DNA of 64,000 nt from Planctomycetota bacterium. Its GTDB lineage: Bacteria; Planctomycetota; SZUA-567; H5-PLA8. The position numbers and the translations under genes were made by a program. Within the stretch, counting starts at the first letter, position 1. Each line of letters opens with the position of its first letter. The stretch is taken from positions 17,349 to 81,348 of the forward strand of contig JBBRPR010000039.1 of assembly GCA_038227875.1 (NCBI GenBank). The letters are read 5' to 3'. The notes below the pieces were generated by a model. That model was not told the DNA's origin. It searched no databases and was given only the letters and a program-made list of their open reading frames with translations. Positions 19,101 through 28,311 of the stretch are shown one piece after another.

Positions 19101-21409
19101 GCAAGCCGTCGGAATCAGGCAAGCCGCAGGATTCGGGCAAGCCGTCGGAATCAGGCAAGCCGTCGGAATCAGGCAAGCCGTCGGAATCGGGTAAGCCGCA
19201 GGAAGGATCGAAGAGCGCGTCGGGTCAGCCGCAGGAAGGGCAGACGAAGGAACAGCAACTCCGCTCGATGACCAACCAGCAGCGCGACATTCAAGGCGAC
19301 CTGAAGGATCTTTCCGATCGCCTCGATCTGCTCGCTCCGCGCGCGCAGGAGAAGAACATCGGCGGCAGCAAGGATCTCGACAAGGCCAAGCAGCAGGCCG
19401 ATGAACGGGCCGCAGCAGCCACCGCAGCGCAGAAGGCGCAGGAGGCGATGAGCCAGGGCAAGGCCGAGGACGCGCAGCGCGAAGCGGCGCAGGCGGCCAA
19501 GGCGCTCGACCAGCTCGCGGCCTCCGTCCAGAACGCCGCGCAGAACACCGCTGCGTCCGACATGAAGGACCTGGCCAACGCGATGAAGAAACTCCAGTCG
19601 CTGGCCAAGGACCAGGGCGACATCAACAAGGATCTGGCGGCGAAGAAAGACCCCGCCGACGCCGGCAAGCGTGAAGACGCGATCGCCGCGGGCGCTCAGG
19701 ACCTGGCGCGCGCGACGGAAAATCTCGAAGCGCTCCGCCACGCCGCGCGCGATGGCAGCGCCAAGGACAAGCTGGAAGAAGCGGCGAACAAAGCTCACGA
19801 CGCTTCGGAGCTACTCAAGAGCCACGACACGATGGGCGCAAAGTCGCCGGCGGAAGCGACCGAGAAGGCATTGAAGGAAGCGCAGAACGACTTCGACCGC
19901 AGCATCGGCAAGATGCTCGAAGAGAAGGCGCGCGATGCCAAGAACATCGCCAAGTCGGCGCGTGAAAATCAGGAGAAGGTCGACGCCGCCGCGCGCGAAA
20001 TGAAGCCCGCGGCTCCGGGCGAAAAGATGGACCCGGAGAGCAACGCCAAGCGCGCCGACGCCACGAAGAAGGAAGAAGACGCCGCGCGCGAAGCGAAGAA
20101 GCTCGACCGCGCCCTGGAAGGCCTGCAGGATCTGGCTAAGGACGCCAACCCCGCGGCCGCCGACGCCGCACGCGAAGCGCGTGACCAGACGCAGAACGCC
20201 GACCTGCCCAACGCGATGGACGACGTCGCCAAGGGTCTGGACAAGATGGGCGAACCGAAAGCCGACGACACGGCCAATCCCTCGCAGCCCAAGACACCCG
20301 CGCAGGCCGCCGAAAAAGGCGAGAAGCTCGCGCAGGTGCTCCGCGACGTCGACAAGAATCTCGACTCCTACATCGCCGAAGCCAGCGGCTCGGATCTCGA
20401 CCGCTTGAAAGCGATGGAAGAGCAGGCCCACGACGCGGCGAAGCAACTCGAAGCCATCGCCCGCGACGCCGGCATCAAGCCCGACCCGAAGAAGGCCGGC
20501 GACCCTTCCAAGCCCGGCGAAAAGGGAGACAAGACGGACAAGGCCGAGAAGCCCGGGGACAAAGGCGACAAGCCGGGCGATAAGGGTGAGAAGCCCGGCG
20601 ACAAAGGTGACAAGCCCGGAGACCGCGGCGAGAAGCCTGGCGACAAGGGCGACAAGCCCGGCGCGAAGGGCGACAAACCTGGCGACAAGGGTGAGAAGCC
20701 CGGCGATAAAGGCGAGAAGCCTGGCGAAAGCGGCAAGCCCGGCGATGCGACCGGCAAGGGCGACAAGCCGGGTCAGGAAGCCAAAGATCCTTCCGAGAAC
20801 CCTGGCGAAAAGCCCGGTCAAGGCAAGGGCGACGCGTCGTCGGATCAGAAATCCCCGCCGAGCAGCAGCAAGACCACGTCAAAGACCGGCAAGAGCAGCG
20901 GCGACAAAGGCGAGGGCGGGAATCCGAACAGCGATCCGAGCTCCTCGCCGGATGCGAAGGACGTCACCAAGCACGCCGATGCCGACGAGAACGCCACCAC
21001 GCCCGAGAAGCGCGAGGCGGCCATCGAGAAACTCGAGAAGGGACTCAAGCGCCTGAAGTTGAAAGTCGACCGCCTCGAACCCAACTCGCCGGAAATGGCG
21101 AACATGCGCGACGCCGTCTCGGCCGTGCAGCAGTTGAAGGAGCAGATCCGCAATCAGAAAGCGAACCCGAATGGCGCCGCCAGCGCCGGCGGCTCGGCCA
21201 ACGGCGGCCCCGCGATGCAGCGCATGACCCAGTCGCTGGACGAAGTCACCAACGGCCTGGTCAACCGCATCGAACGCCTGCTCCGCGCCCGCGACGTCCG
21301 CCCGTCTGCCGACGAAGACGCGCCGAAGGAATACCGCTCGCTGGTCGACAAGTATTACCAGGCGCTCTCCGAAGACACGGAAGAAGACGCGAGCAAGCCG
21401 GGGAAGTAG
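16196..21409 (+). CDS. DUF4175-like large membrane-anchored coiled-coil protein with peptide repeats
   Basis: Three N-terminal TMs, YPELEEQLSTALE, YPQYTG, DRAPRVTI, ADDDIGV, long Q/E/K/A coiled coil, C-terminal PKEYRSLVDKYYQALS; AGGAG RBS. Confidence 0.85.
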   Translation: MSTATDPTPVAPPHLRPEATSALSQLESRVEGVRRRNRGKFLITGLMLSLSVVVFTFLGFSAADILFKLSVGTRVLALLASFAGVVAVMAWFLVRPWRSMGGSVEVARSVEDAYPELEEQLSTALEFGKEPQLVGKVSSPELVGALMQQTAQRAEPLNFSRTIRWKPAVLAGLVAFMLGACVAAYYQISPRLFKRTFARFVNPGANVSAPTLTEITRVTPGDSEQPVESSVPVEVTLDGRMPDRVLLSVFVGDEKNERWEDRPMDRGDDGVYRASLHRLLETTKYKILAGDAESGEYKVDVYKVPELSEFALRLEYPQYTGKAPETLAPGMGDVRALKGTTINLELKANTDLSSALVKFKSGRPDAIGMLNSTEPRKATIQFRLEKDDEYQVQLANTRGKTGASTSYMLKALKDRAPRVTIKAPERDLMVHREQTVTVEISADDDIGVAEIGIFHNLGVDEEKQVMVRKLDPATPRADGKLVWELGNLGLKGGEVIAYYAYAYDNDTEDGKHLSKSEIHFLTVYDEQDYNDPKTPKPKSGGTPPAVKQIDKLIEAEKKLVKDTFAQANANKEASVTNREAEKASALKTADAQKALKVKLQDLMEKVKTDMAQAEEQPKAEKEEDGPKPPQPPHPQPAAFGEKELKHMEQAVDKMTNAEDRLKEPNATEAVKPETEALRHLSETRRLLLSDKDGDPRFKMAMDKQSKKKKQQEQDQQQKDQQDMKEELAEMPKMLEREKQTERELEELEQRKKKSPPPQNQAQTPEQKAEQENQRRLQKQVKDELEQLAKEAEDRARKLEQLSGRNPEVQNAADKMQQAADKMSQAAKEAQQPNDKNMKSAQEKAQQAGNDMKEAQKNLRQASEKQVRQELASLQKDAQDLAQRQQNLAQQARDLSQPKPQDSGKPQDSGKPQDSGKPQDSGKPQDSGKPQDSGKPQDSGKPQDSGKPQDSGKPQDSGKPQDSGKPQESGKPSESGKPQDSGKPSESGKPSESGKPSESGKPQEGSKSASGQPQEGQTKEQQLRSMTNQQRDIQGDLKDLSDRLDLLAPRAQEKNIGGSKDLDKAKQQADERAAAATAAQKAQEAMSQGKAEDAQREAAQAAKALDQLAASVQNAAQNTAASDMKDLANAMKKLQSLAKDQGDINKDLAAKKDPADAGKREDAIAAGAQDLARATENLEALRHAARDGSAKDKLEEAANKAHDASELLKSHDTMGAKSPAEATEKALKEAQNDFDRSIGKMLEEKARDAKNIAKSARENQEKVDAAAREMKPAAPGEKMDPESNAKRADATKKEEDAAREAKKLDRALEGLQDLAKDANPAAADAAREARDQTQNADLPNAMDDVAKGLDKMGEPKADDTANPSQPKTPAQAAEKGEKLAQVLRDVDKNLDSYIAEASGSDLDRLKAMEEQAHDAAKQLEAIARDAGIKPDPKKAGDPSKPGEKGDKTDKAEKPGDKGDKPGDKGEKPGDKGDKPGDRGEKPGDKGDKPGAKGDKPGDKGEKPGDKGEKPGESGKPGDATGKGDKPGQEAKDPSENPGEKPGQGKGDASSDQKSPPSSSKTTSKTGKSSGDKGEGGNPNSDPSSSPDAKDVTKHADADENATTPEKREAAIEKLEKGLKRLKLKVDRLEPNSPEMANMRDAVSAVQQLKEQIRNQKANPNGAASAGGSANGGPAMQRMTQSLDEVTNGLVNRIERLLRARDVRPSADEDAPKEYRSLVDKYYQALSEDTEEDASKPGK
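18887..19192 (+). repeat. In-frame 18-bp tandem repeat, 17 units (KP[QS][DE]SG)
   Basis: AAGCCGCAGGACTCGGGC-type units counted directly. Confidence 0.95.
20549..20716 (+). repeat. In-frame 21-bp tandem repeat, 8 units (KPGDKG[DE])
   Basis: AAGCCCGGCGACAAAGGTGAC-type units with synonymous divergence. Confidence 0.9.
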
Positions 21410-21551
21410 GGCGCCATTTCTCCCCCCTTGAATAGGGGGCTGGGGGGATCCAGATTCGCCGGACGGACGCGTCTGACATCTCACTTCCTCCGGAAATGCT
21501 GAGGAGCTTTCCAACGAGTTCGCGGGACCTACCTCGGCATAAATTTATCCG

Positions 21552-21968
21552 ATGTTCAGAATCCACCACTCCGCCAGTTCTAGATCGCGCTTTCGCCTCT
21601 TCCTCGAACTGCGGCATCAACCGCGCGGCGATCATTGCGCGTTGATTTTACTTGAGGTGCCGTCGTCGCAGATTCGCGGAGACGACGATTCCGTGAGCGA
21701 GCCGTTCCCGTCCCATTCGCGTGTCTTGGTGGTGAACATCAAGCCGCAGCTCTCGCGCGAGCAGCGCCGCTGGCTGCGGGCGGTCAAGCATCACCTCAAA
21801 ACCGGCAAGCCTGCGACGCTAAGCGAGCAGCAGCTGAAAGGTTGGCAGTCGTACCAACGGAGCATCGAAAAAGTCGCGAACTCTGTGGAGAAACGCACGT
21901 ACCCGATCGAGAAAAACAAGACCCTCGTTGCGCGGCGCAAGAAACGGCAGACGCGGCGGCGGGGATGA
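21552..21968 (+). CDS. Small basic hypothetical protein (true start may be GTG ~21693)
   Basis: Host-like codon usage in the 3' part; Arg/Lys-rich C-terminus. Confidence 0.5.
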   Translation: MFRIHHSASSRSRFRLFLELRHQPRGDHCALILLEVPSSQIRGDDDSVSEPFPSHSRVLVVNIKPQLSREQRRWLRAVKHHLKTGKPATLSEQQLKGWQSYQRSIEKVANSVEKRTYPIEKNKTLVARRKKRQTRRRG

Positions 21969-22108
21969 GGCTTTTCTGTTGCCGTGAGGTCCGCCGCAGC
22001 GCGCCCACCTTGTGTTACGAAATCAAATGGTGACTCAATACTTTTCTTTTCTCCTATTCCCGGTGTCACAAAGCGGATATCGTACTACGGAATTATAGGA
22101 GAACGACC

Positions 22109-23107
22109 GTGGATCAGCGCGAGGTGCTCGCATCGATTGAAGGCGATGTGGAGCGTAAATTTTCGCTTTTGACGCCAGTTAACAAAAGCTGGCAGCCGAG
22201 CGATTTCGTGCCCGATCTGACCAAAGAGTCGTGGCCGCAGGACGTCTCGGAATTCCGCAAGGCGGCTCAGGAACTGCCCGACGAACTGCTCGTGGTCCTC
22301 GTCGGTTCGATGGTTACCGAAGAAGCACTGCCCTCCTACCAGACCAGCTTCAACCGACTCGGCAGCATCCGCGACGAAACCGGCGACAGCGTCAACCCGT
22401 GGGCGAAGTGGTCGCGCGCGTGGACGTCGGAAGAGAATCGCCACGGCGATCTGCTCAACCGGTACCTCTACGTCACCGGCCGCGTCAACATGCGCGCGGT
22501 GGAAACCAGCATCCAGCATCTGATCCGCAATGGCTTCAATCCGCAGCACACCAACGATCCGTACAACGGGCTGGTCTACACGTCGTTTCAGGAACGGGCC
22601 ACGCGGCTGTCGCACGGGCAGGTGGCGCGCTTGACCCGCGCGGCGGGCGAGCCGGCACTGGGGAAGATCTGCAATACCATCGCGGCCGACGAAGCGCGGC
22701 ACGAAGACGCGTACAAGAGTTTCATGTCGCGCGTCTTCGAGATCGATCCGGCGGGCGCGGTGCTCTCGTTTGAAACGATGCTGACGCGCACGATCACGAT
22801 GCCGGCGCACCTGATGTCCGATCCGGAAGACGAAGGGCTGTTCGCCTGCTTCTCGAGCGTGGCGCAGCGGCTGGGCGTGTACACGTTTGCCGATTACATC
22901 GGGATCATGGAGCACCTGATCGAACACTGGGACGTCGCGCATTTGAAGGGGCTCAGCGGACTGGCGGCGGAAGCGCAGAACCGCGTCTGCCGGCTGCCGG
23001 CGTACTACCGCAAACGCATGGGCTCGATGGAAAAGAAATTGCCGCCGCTGAACCAGCGGCCGTACCCGTGGGTGATCCGGCGCGAATCGACCGTGAGCCG
23101 CGCTTAG
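22109..23107 (+). CDS. Soluble acyl-ACP desaturase (plant/mycobacterial DesA type, di-iron)
   Basis: WQPSDF, TEEALPSY, WTSEENRHGDLL, YTSFQERAT, IAADEARHE, ITMPAHLM; AGGAG RBS. Confidence 0.93.
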   Translation: MDQREVLASIEGDVERKFSLLTPVNKSWQPSDFVPDLTKESWPQDVSEFRKAAQELPDELLVVLVGSMVTEEALPSYQTSFNRLGSIRDETGDSVNPWAKWSRAWTSEENRHGDLLNRYLYVTGRVNMRAVETSIQHLIRNGFNPQHTNDPYNGLVYTSFQERATRLSHGQVARLTRAAGEPALGKICNTIAADEARHEDAYKSFMSRVFEIDPAGAVLSFETMLTRTITMPAHLMSDPEDEGLFACFSSVAQRLGVYTFADYIGIMEHLIEHWDVAHLKGLSGLAAEAQNRVCRLPAYYRKRMGSMEKKLPPLNQRPYPWVIRRESTVSRA

Positions 23108-23381
23108 CGCGGAGGGGTCAGGGGTCAGGGGCCAGGGATGGGCGGATGCCTGCGCGGAAGCATGACTTCGGCGCGGTGGTGCTGACTATTCGGTGTGTAT
23201 TGTGCGAAGGTAGTGGTGGACGCTTCGACGTTTTAAGTCTCCCAGAAAAACTCACCGTTCGGCCGATTCGGGTGTATATCACCGCACAAGTGGACAGATG
23301 GACGACGCTCGGCGTTTGGCGTCCATCGGACAATTCAACATTCGACATTCTTTTTTCGACAGGTGACGACGGAGGTGAAAC

Positions 23382-25100
23382 GTGCGACTACACCGGGCTC
23401 TGCTGCTTTCATCGGTTCTGGTTTCAGCGCTGATGGTTTCGGCGCACGCGGCGGATGCGCCGTTGATCAAGCCGCCGGTCTACTGGTTTCATCTCATGAC
23501 CAACATCAACAACGATGAGGCCATGGTGAAAGTGTACGCGCTGATGGAACGCGCGGCGAAGGCGGGGTACACGGGCATCTCCATTTTCGACAGCCGCTTT
23601 TTCATGAAGGAATTTCAGACGCCGGAGTACATCGCGAAGGTGAAGAAATTCCGGCAGAAAGCGACGGAACTGCATCTGCAGATCGCGTCGAGCCTGGCGG
23701 CAGTCGGGTATGGCGAAGAGATGCTGCACTATGACATCAACCTGATCGAAGGGATGCCGGTGCGCAACGCGAGCTTCGTGGTCAAAGACGGGAAGCTGGT
23801 GCCGTCGGAGCCGGAGGTTCACTTCAACAACGGCACGTTCGAGACGTGGAAGGGCGACGCGCCGGCCGGCTGGGACGTCGACGACGCGGGGAAGATCGCG
23901 TTTAAAGACGAGACGGTAAAATACAACGAGAAGCCCAGCCTGCGCATCCAGGACGCGGGGAATTCGCCGGCCAAACATTCGCGTCTGATTCAGCGCGTGA
24001 AAGTGCTGCCACAGCACAATTATCACGTCTCGGTGATGATGAAGACCGACCAGAACAAGAGCCGCGACATCCGCATCATGGCGATCGGCAAGAACCCGCT
24101 CAACTGGGCGCCGCTGCCGATCAAGGAAACGATGGACTGGACGCGCATCGACATCACTTTCAACAGCCAGGAATTTTCCGAAGTCGGGCTCTACATGGGC
24201 ACGTGGGACGCGCGCGGCGGGAAGATGTGGTGGTCGGACCTCAAGATCGAGCCGGCGGGATTCATGAACATCATCCGCCGCGAGAATCTGCCGCTCTCGA
24301 TCACCAGCGAAGACGGCAAGACCGTGTACGAGGAAGGCAAGGACTTCGCGAAAGTCGTCGACCCGGGTTTGGCGCCGAGCGTTTCCGGCTGGCACACGCC
24401 GCCGGTGGTCGCGATTCCGGCGGGAAGCAAACTAAAAGAAGGGCAGAAGGTGCTGGCGAATTTTAATCACGCGATCACCAACTTCACGTCCAACAACGCG
24501 GCGATCTGCATGAGCGAGCCGAAAACGTACGAGGCGATCAAGGAGCAGGTGCGCTTCCTGAAGGAGAATCTGCAGCCGGATTTTTACTTCATGCAGCACG
24601 ATGAAATCCGCCAGTGCGGTTACGACGACGCGTGCGCCAAGCGCAACCTGACGCCGGGGCAGATTCTCGCCGACCACATCGCCAAATGCTGCAAGATCAT
24701 CGAGGACGGCGACCCGGGCAAGCCGATGGTGGTCTGGAACGACATGTTCGATCCATTCCACAACGCGAAGAAGACCGAAGACGATGGCTCGCCGTTTGTC
24801 ATGTTTATCGCCAAGGGTGACGGGCCGTGGTTTGAATCGTGGAAGGGCATGCCGAAAAATCTGGGCGTGGTGAACTGGAACAACGGCAACGTGAAGAGCG
24901 TGAAGTTTTTCGAAGGTGAACACCACCAGCAGATACTCTCGCACAACGACCCGGCAAAGCTCGCGGCGTGGCTCAATGAGACCGCTGACTGCAAAGGCGT
25001 GGTGGGGATCATGTACACGACGTGGGAAGACGACTGGTCGCCGCTGGAGAAATACGTGACGACGGCCAAGGAGTGGATGGCGAAGCACTCGCCGCGCTAG
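23382..25100 (+). CDS. Secreted glycoside hydrolase-like protein with inserted CBM4/9-like domain
   Basis: Signal peptide; FNNGTFE...PAGW CBM start; FMQHDEIR acid pair, VWNDMFDPFHNA, GIMYTTW resemble a GH20-like barrel; GGAGG RBS. Confidence 0.65.
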   Translation: MRLHRALLLSSVLVSALMVSAHAADAPLIKPPVYWFHLMTNINNDEAMVKVYALMERAAKAGYTGISIFDSRFFMKEFQTPEYIAKVKKFRQKATELHLQIASSLAAVGYGEEMLHYDINLIEGMPVRNASFVVKDGKLVPSEPEVHFNNGTFETWKGDAPAGWDVDDAGKIAFKDETVKYNEKPSLRIQDAGNSPAKHSRLIQRVKVLPQHNYHVSVMMKTDQNKSRDIRIMAIGKNPLNWAPLPIKETMDWTRIDITFNSQEFSEVGLYMGTWDARGGKMWWSDLKIEPAGFMNIIRRENLPLSITSEDGKTVYEEGKDFAKVVDPGLAPSVSGWHTPPVVAIPAGSKLKEGQKVLANFNHAITNFTSNNAAICMSEPKTYEAIKEQVRFLKENLQPDFYFMQHDEIRQCGYDDACAKRNLTPGQILADHIAKCCKIIEDGDPGKPMVVWNDMFDPFHNAKKTEDDGSPFVMFIAKGDGPWFESWKGMPKNLGVVNWNNGNVKSVKFFEGEHHQQILSHNDPAKLAAWLNETADCKGVVGIMYTTWEDDWSPLEKYVTTAKEWMAKHSPR

Positions 25101-25202
25101 CGCGGAGGGGTCAGGGGTGGGGGTGCGCAAGGGAACTTACGCGCAAGCGGGTTGATTTTTTACACGCAAGAAACCTGCGCCATCTGCATGCGATGCGCTG
25201 AG

Positions 25203-25234
25203 CAAGGAGCAAGCATACGGCCGCTTGCTCCTTG
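25203..25234. repeat. REP-like palindrome, same family as 7591-7622
   Basis: CAAGGAGCAAGCATACGGCCGCTTGCTCCTTG; 2 mismatches to the reverse complement of 7591-7622; lies between convergent genes. Confidence 0.8.
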
Positions 25235-25248
25235 ACACACAGGCGCTG

Positions 25249-27525
25249 CTATTCCGCGTCGGTGTAGACGTCCACCTGCAGCACAACTTTGTCCGTCGGC
25301 GAGACGTCGCAGCGGACGGTGTAGCCGTCGTCGACGCTGGCGTTGGGGACCATGCGTAACGCCACGCCGTTGAACTTGATTTCTCCGGCAGCGATCGAGC
25401 GGACGGTCTTGGTTACGTCGATCGGGAACACTTTCGCGGGCGAGTAGTCGTTGGTGTCGGGATGCTTGGGGATGATGGCGATGCCGGAGACGTCGGGCAG
25501 CGCTTTGAAGTCGACGGCAGCGCCCTTTTCGACCGGCGCTTTCAGGAAGGCGGCGCCGAGCTGGCCGGGCGCGGAATTATGGCCGCGCGTGATCGGCACG
25601 AGCAGGCGCGCGGCGGCGATGTTCTTCGCGGGCAGATCTTTCAGGTCGCCGTTGATCAGCACCACGCCGGCGACCACTTTGGCGGCTTCGCCGGGACTCT
25701 TGGGCCAGCGCAGCGAACCCTTCTCGGCAACGGCGCCGCTGATGTCGTTGAACTGAACGTAGGTCAGCGGGATTTCAACCGTCTTGGTCGCGCGCGGCTT
25801 GATCACCGGCGGATCTTCGGCGCCGACAGTGAACGGGTTGGGCAGCGTCGCCAGTTCATCGGTCTCCGCGGTTTTTGCTTCGGTGGAACCTTCGGGCAGA
25901 GCCAGCGCGGACGCGCCGGGGGCCAGGACTTCGCGGCGCAGGAAGACCATGCGCGGGTAGACGGGGTACTGGCCCTTGGGAGTCGGGCAGTCGATGTCGA
26001 ACGTGGCCGGCAGATCCTTGGCGTTGAACGTTTTCTGCACGCAGGTGATGGTGTCAGCCCACTTGGCGTTGTGCTGCTTGGCGACTTCCTTGCCCTGTTC
26101 GCAGAGCTGTTCGAAGGACTTCGTGCGCGAACCGAGTTTGTAAGCGTAGGTCACGACGAGCTTGTTGTTGCCCAGCGCGGCGGCGTCGCCGACGGAAACG
26201 GTGATCGTGTTCTTGCCGGGCGAAAGATAGGGCAGCGAGCCGGGATTGTTCTGCACGGTCGTTTCGAACTTCAGCTCTTTGAGCGGTTCCTTGAATGAGA
26301 CTTTGACCAGCGCGGAGAGCTTGCCCTTCAGCGGTGCGCTGAAATCTTTCGCGTCGGCGGGGACGAACGATTTGCCGTCGTCGGTCGAGACTTCGATTTT
26401 CTCCACGCCGGTGGCCGAGCCGCTGGCCTTGGTGACGAGGTAGGGCGACGCGAGGCGGAAGACCACCACGCCGGGTTTGTCGCCGGAGGCGGGAACCAGC
26501 GTCTTGTCGGCGTACTTGACGTTGTCGGTGGAGACGAAGGACTTCAACAGCGCGTCGCTGGAGAAATCCGGCGTAAACGAGAGCGTACCGTTGGCGAAAT
26601 TGCGGCTGGGCTTGGCGGTGATGTACGGTTCGAGCACCAGGCCGATGCCGGGATCGTTGCGGGTGTCCTTGTGGCCGCCGCAGGTGTGCGCGGGAGCGAT
26701 CTTGCTGCCGCCCCAGAACCAGGCGTCGGGTTCACCGTCCCAGCGGTTGGTCAACGCGAATCCGGGCGCGAGATTGACGTCTGTGTTGTAGGTGCCATCG
26801 GCGTGGTTGATTCCCGCCCAGCCTTCGGGGCTGCCGGCGACGTGATGCGTCTTCAGGCCACCGATCGTGCCGGCCAGGTCGTCGCCGCAGCACAGAAACG
26901 ACGGCGCGCGCCAGTTGGCTTTGCTCGCACCAACCATCGCGAATGGATTGTTGTTCATGTAGACGACGTTGCGCGATTTATCGAGCGTGAAGGCGTCGGT
27001 GATCAGCTCCTTGCTGCGCGAGGTCAGGTCGTCTTCTCCGGCGATGGTGCGGCCGCCCTTCCCGTCTGGCATCCACGCGTAGAACTTCAGGAAAATGTCC
27101 AAGTAGTGCCACTTGCCATCGTACTGCGCTTCAACCGTGGTGTGGCCGTCCCAGCCGACAAAGCGCCAGCCCCAGCCGAGCTGCCGCCAGAGCGCCGACT
27201 GTTCCGAATGCAGTCCGCCGCAGAGACTCCAGCCGTAGTTGTTGATTTCCTTGAGCACCGGCACGCCGCCTTCTTCCTGCGGATAGTTGCGGTGGTAGTG
27301 ACTCAATTGCATGAAGTTGTAGATGGCGATCGCTTTGGCGTCGTTGGTCTTGCTGTCTTTGGTGACCGTTTCGACGATGGTTTTAAGCGAGGTACAGTCT
27401 GGCGCTTTGTCGGGCTGGACTTTGATCTTGAGGACCTGATCGGGTGGCGTCGTTTCTCCGGCGCTCAGAATTGAAGCCGGGACGCAGACCAGAACCGAAA
27501 GCATCAGCGCAGTCAGAAATCGCAT
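25249..27525 (-). CDS. Secreted transglutaminase-like (Cys-His-Asp) protein
   Basis: Signal peptide; YGWSLCGG, GHTTVEAQYDGKWHYLD. Confidence 0.7.
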   Translation of the reverse strand: MRFLTALMLSVLVCVPASILSAGETTPPDQVLKIKVQPDKAPDCTSLKTIVETVTKDSKTNDAKAIAIYNFMQLSHYHRNYPQEEGGVPVLKEINNYGWSLCGGLHSEQSALWRQLGWGWRFVGWDGHTTVEAQYDGKWHYLDIFLKFYAWMPDGKGGRTIAGEDDLTSRSKELITDAFTLDKSRNVVYMNNNPFAMVGASKANWRAPSFLCCGDDLAGTIGGLKTHHVAGSPEGWAGINHADGTYNTDVNLAPGFALTNRWDGEPDAWFWGGSKIAPAHTCGGHKDTRNDPGIGLVLEPYITAKPSRNFANGTLSFTPDFSSDALLKSFVSTDNVKYADKTLVPASGDKPGVVVFRLASPYLVTKASGSATGVEKIEVSTDDGKSFVPADAKDFSAPLKGKLSALVKVSFKEPLKELKFETTVQNNPGSLPYLSPGKNTITVSVGDAAALGNNKLVVTYAYKLGSRTKSFEQLCEQGKEVAKQHNAKWADTITCVQKTFNAKDLPATFDIDCPTPKGQYPVYPRMVFLRREVLAPGASALALPEGSTEAKTAETDELATLPNPFTVGAEDPPVIKPRATKTVEIPLTYVQFNDISGAVAEKGSLRWPKSPGEAAKVVAGVVLINGDLKDLPAKNIAAARLLVPITRGHNSAPGQLGAAFLKAPVEKGAAVDFKALPDVSGIAIIPKHPDTNDYSPAKVFPIDVTKTVRSIAAGEIKFNGVALRMVPNASVDDGYTVRCDVSPTDKVVLQVDVYTDAE

Positions 27526-27774
27526 GGTACAGCCCCCATTAAGTGTACGAACTGAACCGGCCCGCGGAGCCGTAGTCAGTTGTAGTTAGTACTACATACA
27601 CTCGAGTGTCCAAAAGTGCGCAGGAGATGCTCAATAAAGTGAAAAATATTGATCCATTCACCTTTCAGCAACCAATGTGACACCAACACGTTGTGCAATT
27701 GTGCGGTTTATTGTTTTTCATGTATGCGCGCAAGGGTTTTCAGGCACTAGAGCCATGTATACTCAGGAAAGGTC

Positions 27775-28311
27775 ATGCCTATGCAGTCTGCCACCGACAA
27801 GCAGCTCTCAAAAATGAGCGAATTGGGGTTGTCCGTGCCGCCGAAATGCTCCTTCGAGCAGGCGGCCGAAGCGATCGGATTGGCACAGATCGTCCTGCGC
27901 TACGTCGCGCAGATTGCCAACCGCGATTGGCGCATTCACGTGGAAGACGCCGAATTGCGCGCCGTCGTGCAGGCGGTGATGGAGCAGCCGGAGTTGACGC
28001 GTCAGATTTGCGAGAACATGGACGCCAGCGCGCAGGCGGCATGGATGGCGGTACGCGATTTCGAAGACGATCCGACCGGCAGCGGCTTTCGACGGAAGAT
28101 TGAACGCCGGGATGTGACGCCGGATGTGAAAGAAGACGCGTGCTATTTTTTCGCCAAGCTGCAGATTGAGAAACACGTCCCGAGACTGGCCGGCCGCATC
28201 AGCGCGCCGCCGGCTCCGCCCAAGCCGGAATCTGCGCGCATTTTTCTCGCTCAGGAAACGCGCTGGGACCGCTTGAAGCGCAACTGGGCACGCATGACGC
28301 GCGGCGGGTAG
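27775..28311 (+). CDS. Hypothetical protein
   Basis: Clean ORF, AGGAAAGG RBS, host-like codon usage. Confidence 0.65.
   Translation: MPMQSATDKQLSKMSELGLSVPPKCSFEQAAEAIGLAQIVLRYVAQIANRDWRIHVEDAELRAVVQAVMEQPELTRQICENMDASAQAAWMAVRDFEDDPTGSGFRRKIERRDVTPDVKEDACYFFAKLQIEKHVPRLAGRISAPPAPPKPESARIFLAQETRWDRLKRNWARMTRGG

Noticed and set aside
18887..19192. Possible CRISPR array
   Set aside because: Contiguous 18-bp in-frame coding units with no spacers; no cas genes
21420..21450. CCCCCCTT-GAAT-AGGGGG hairpin as an ncRNA
   Set aside because: Short REP/terminator-like hairpin after a stop codon; single copy here and nothing further to support it
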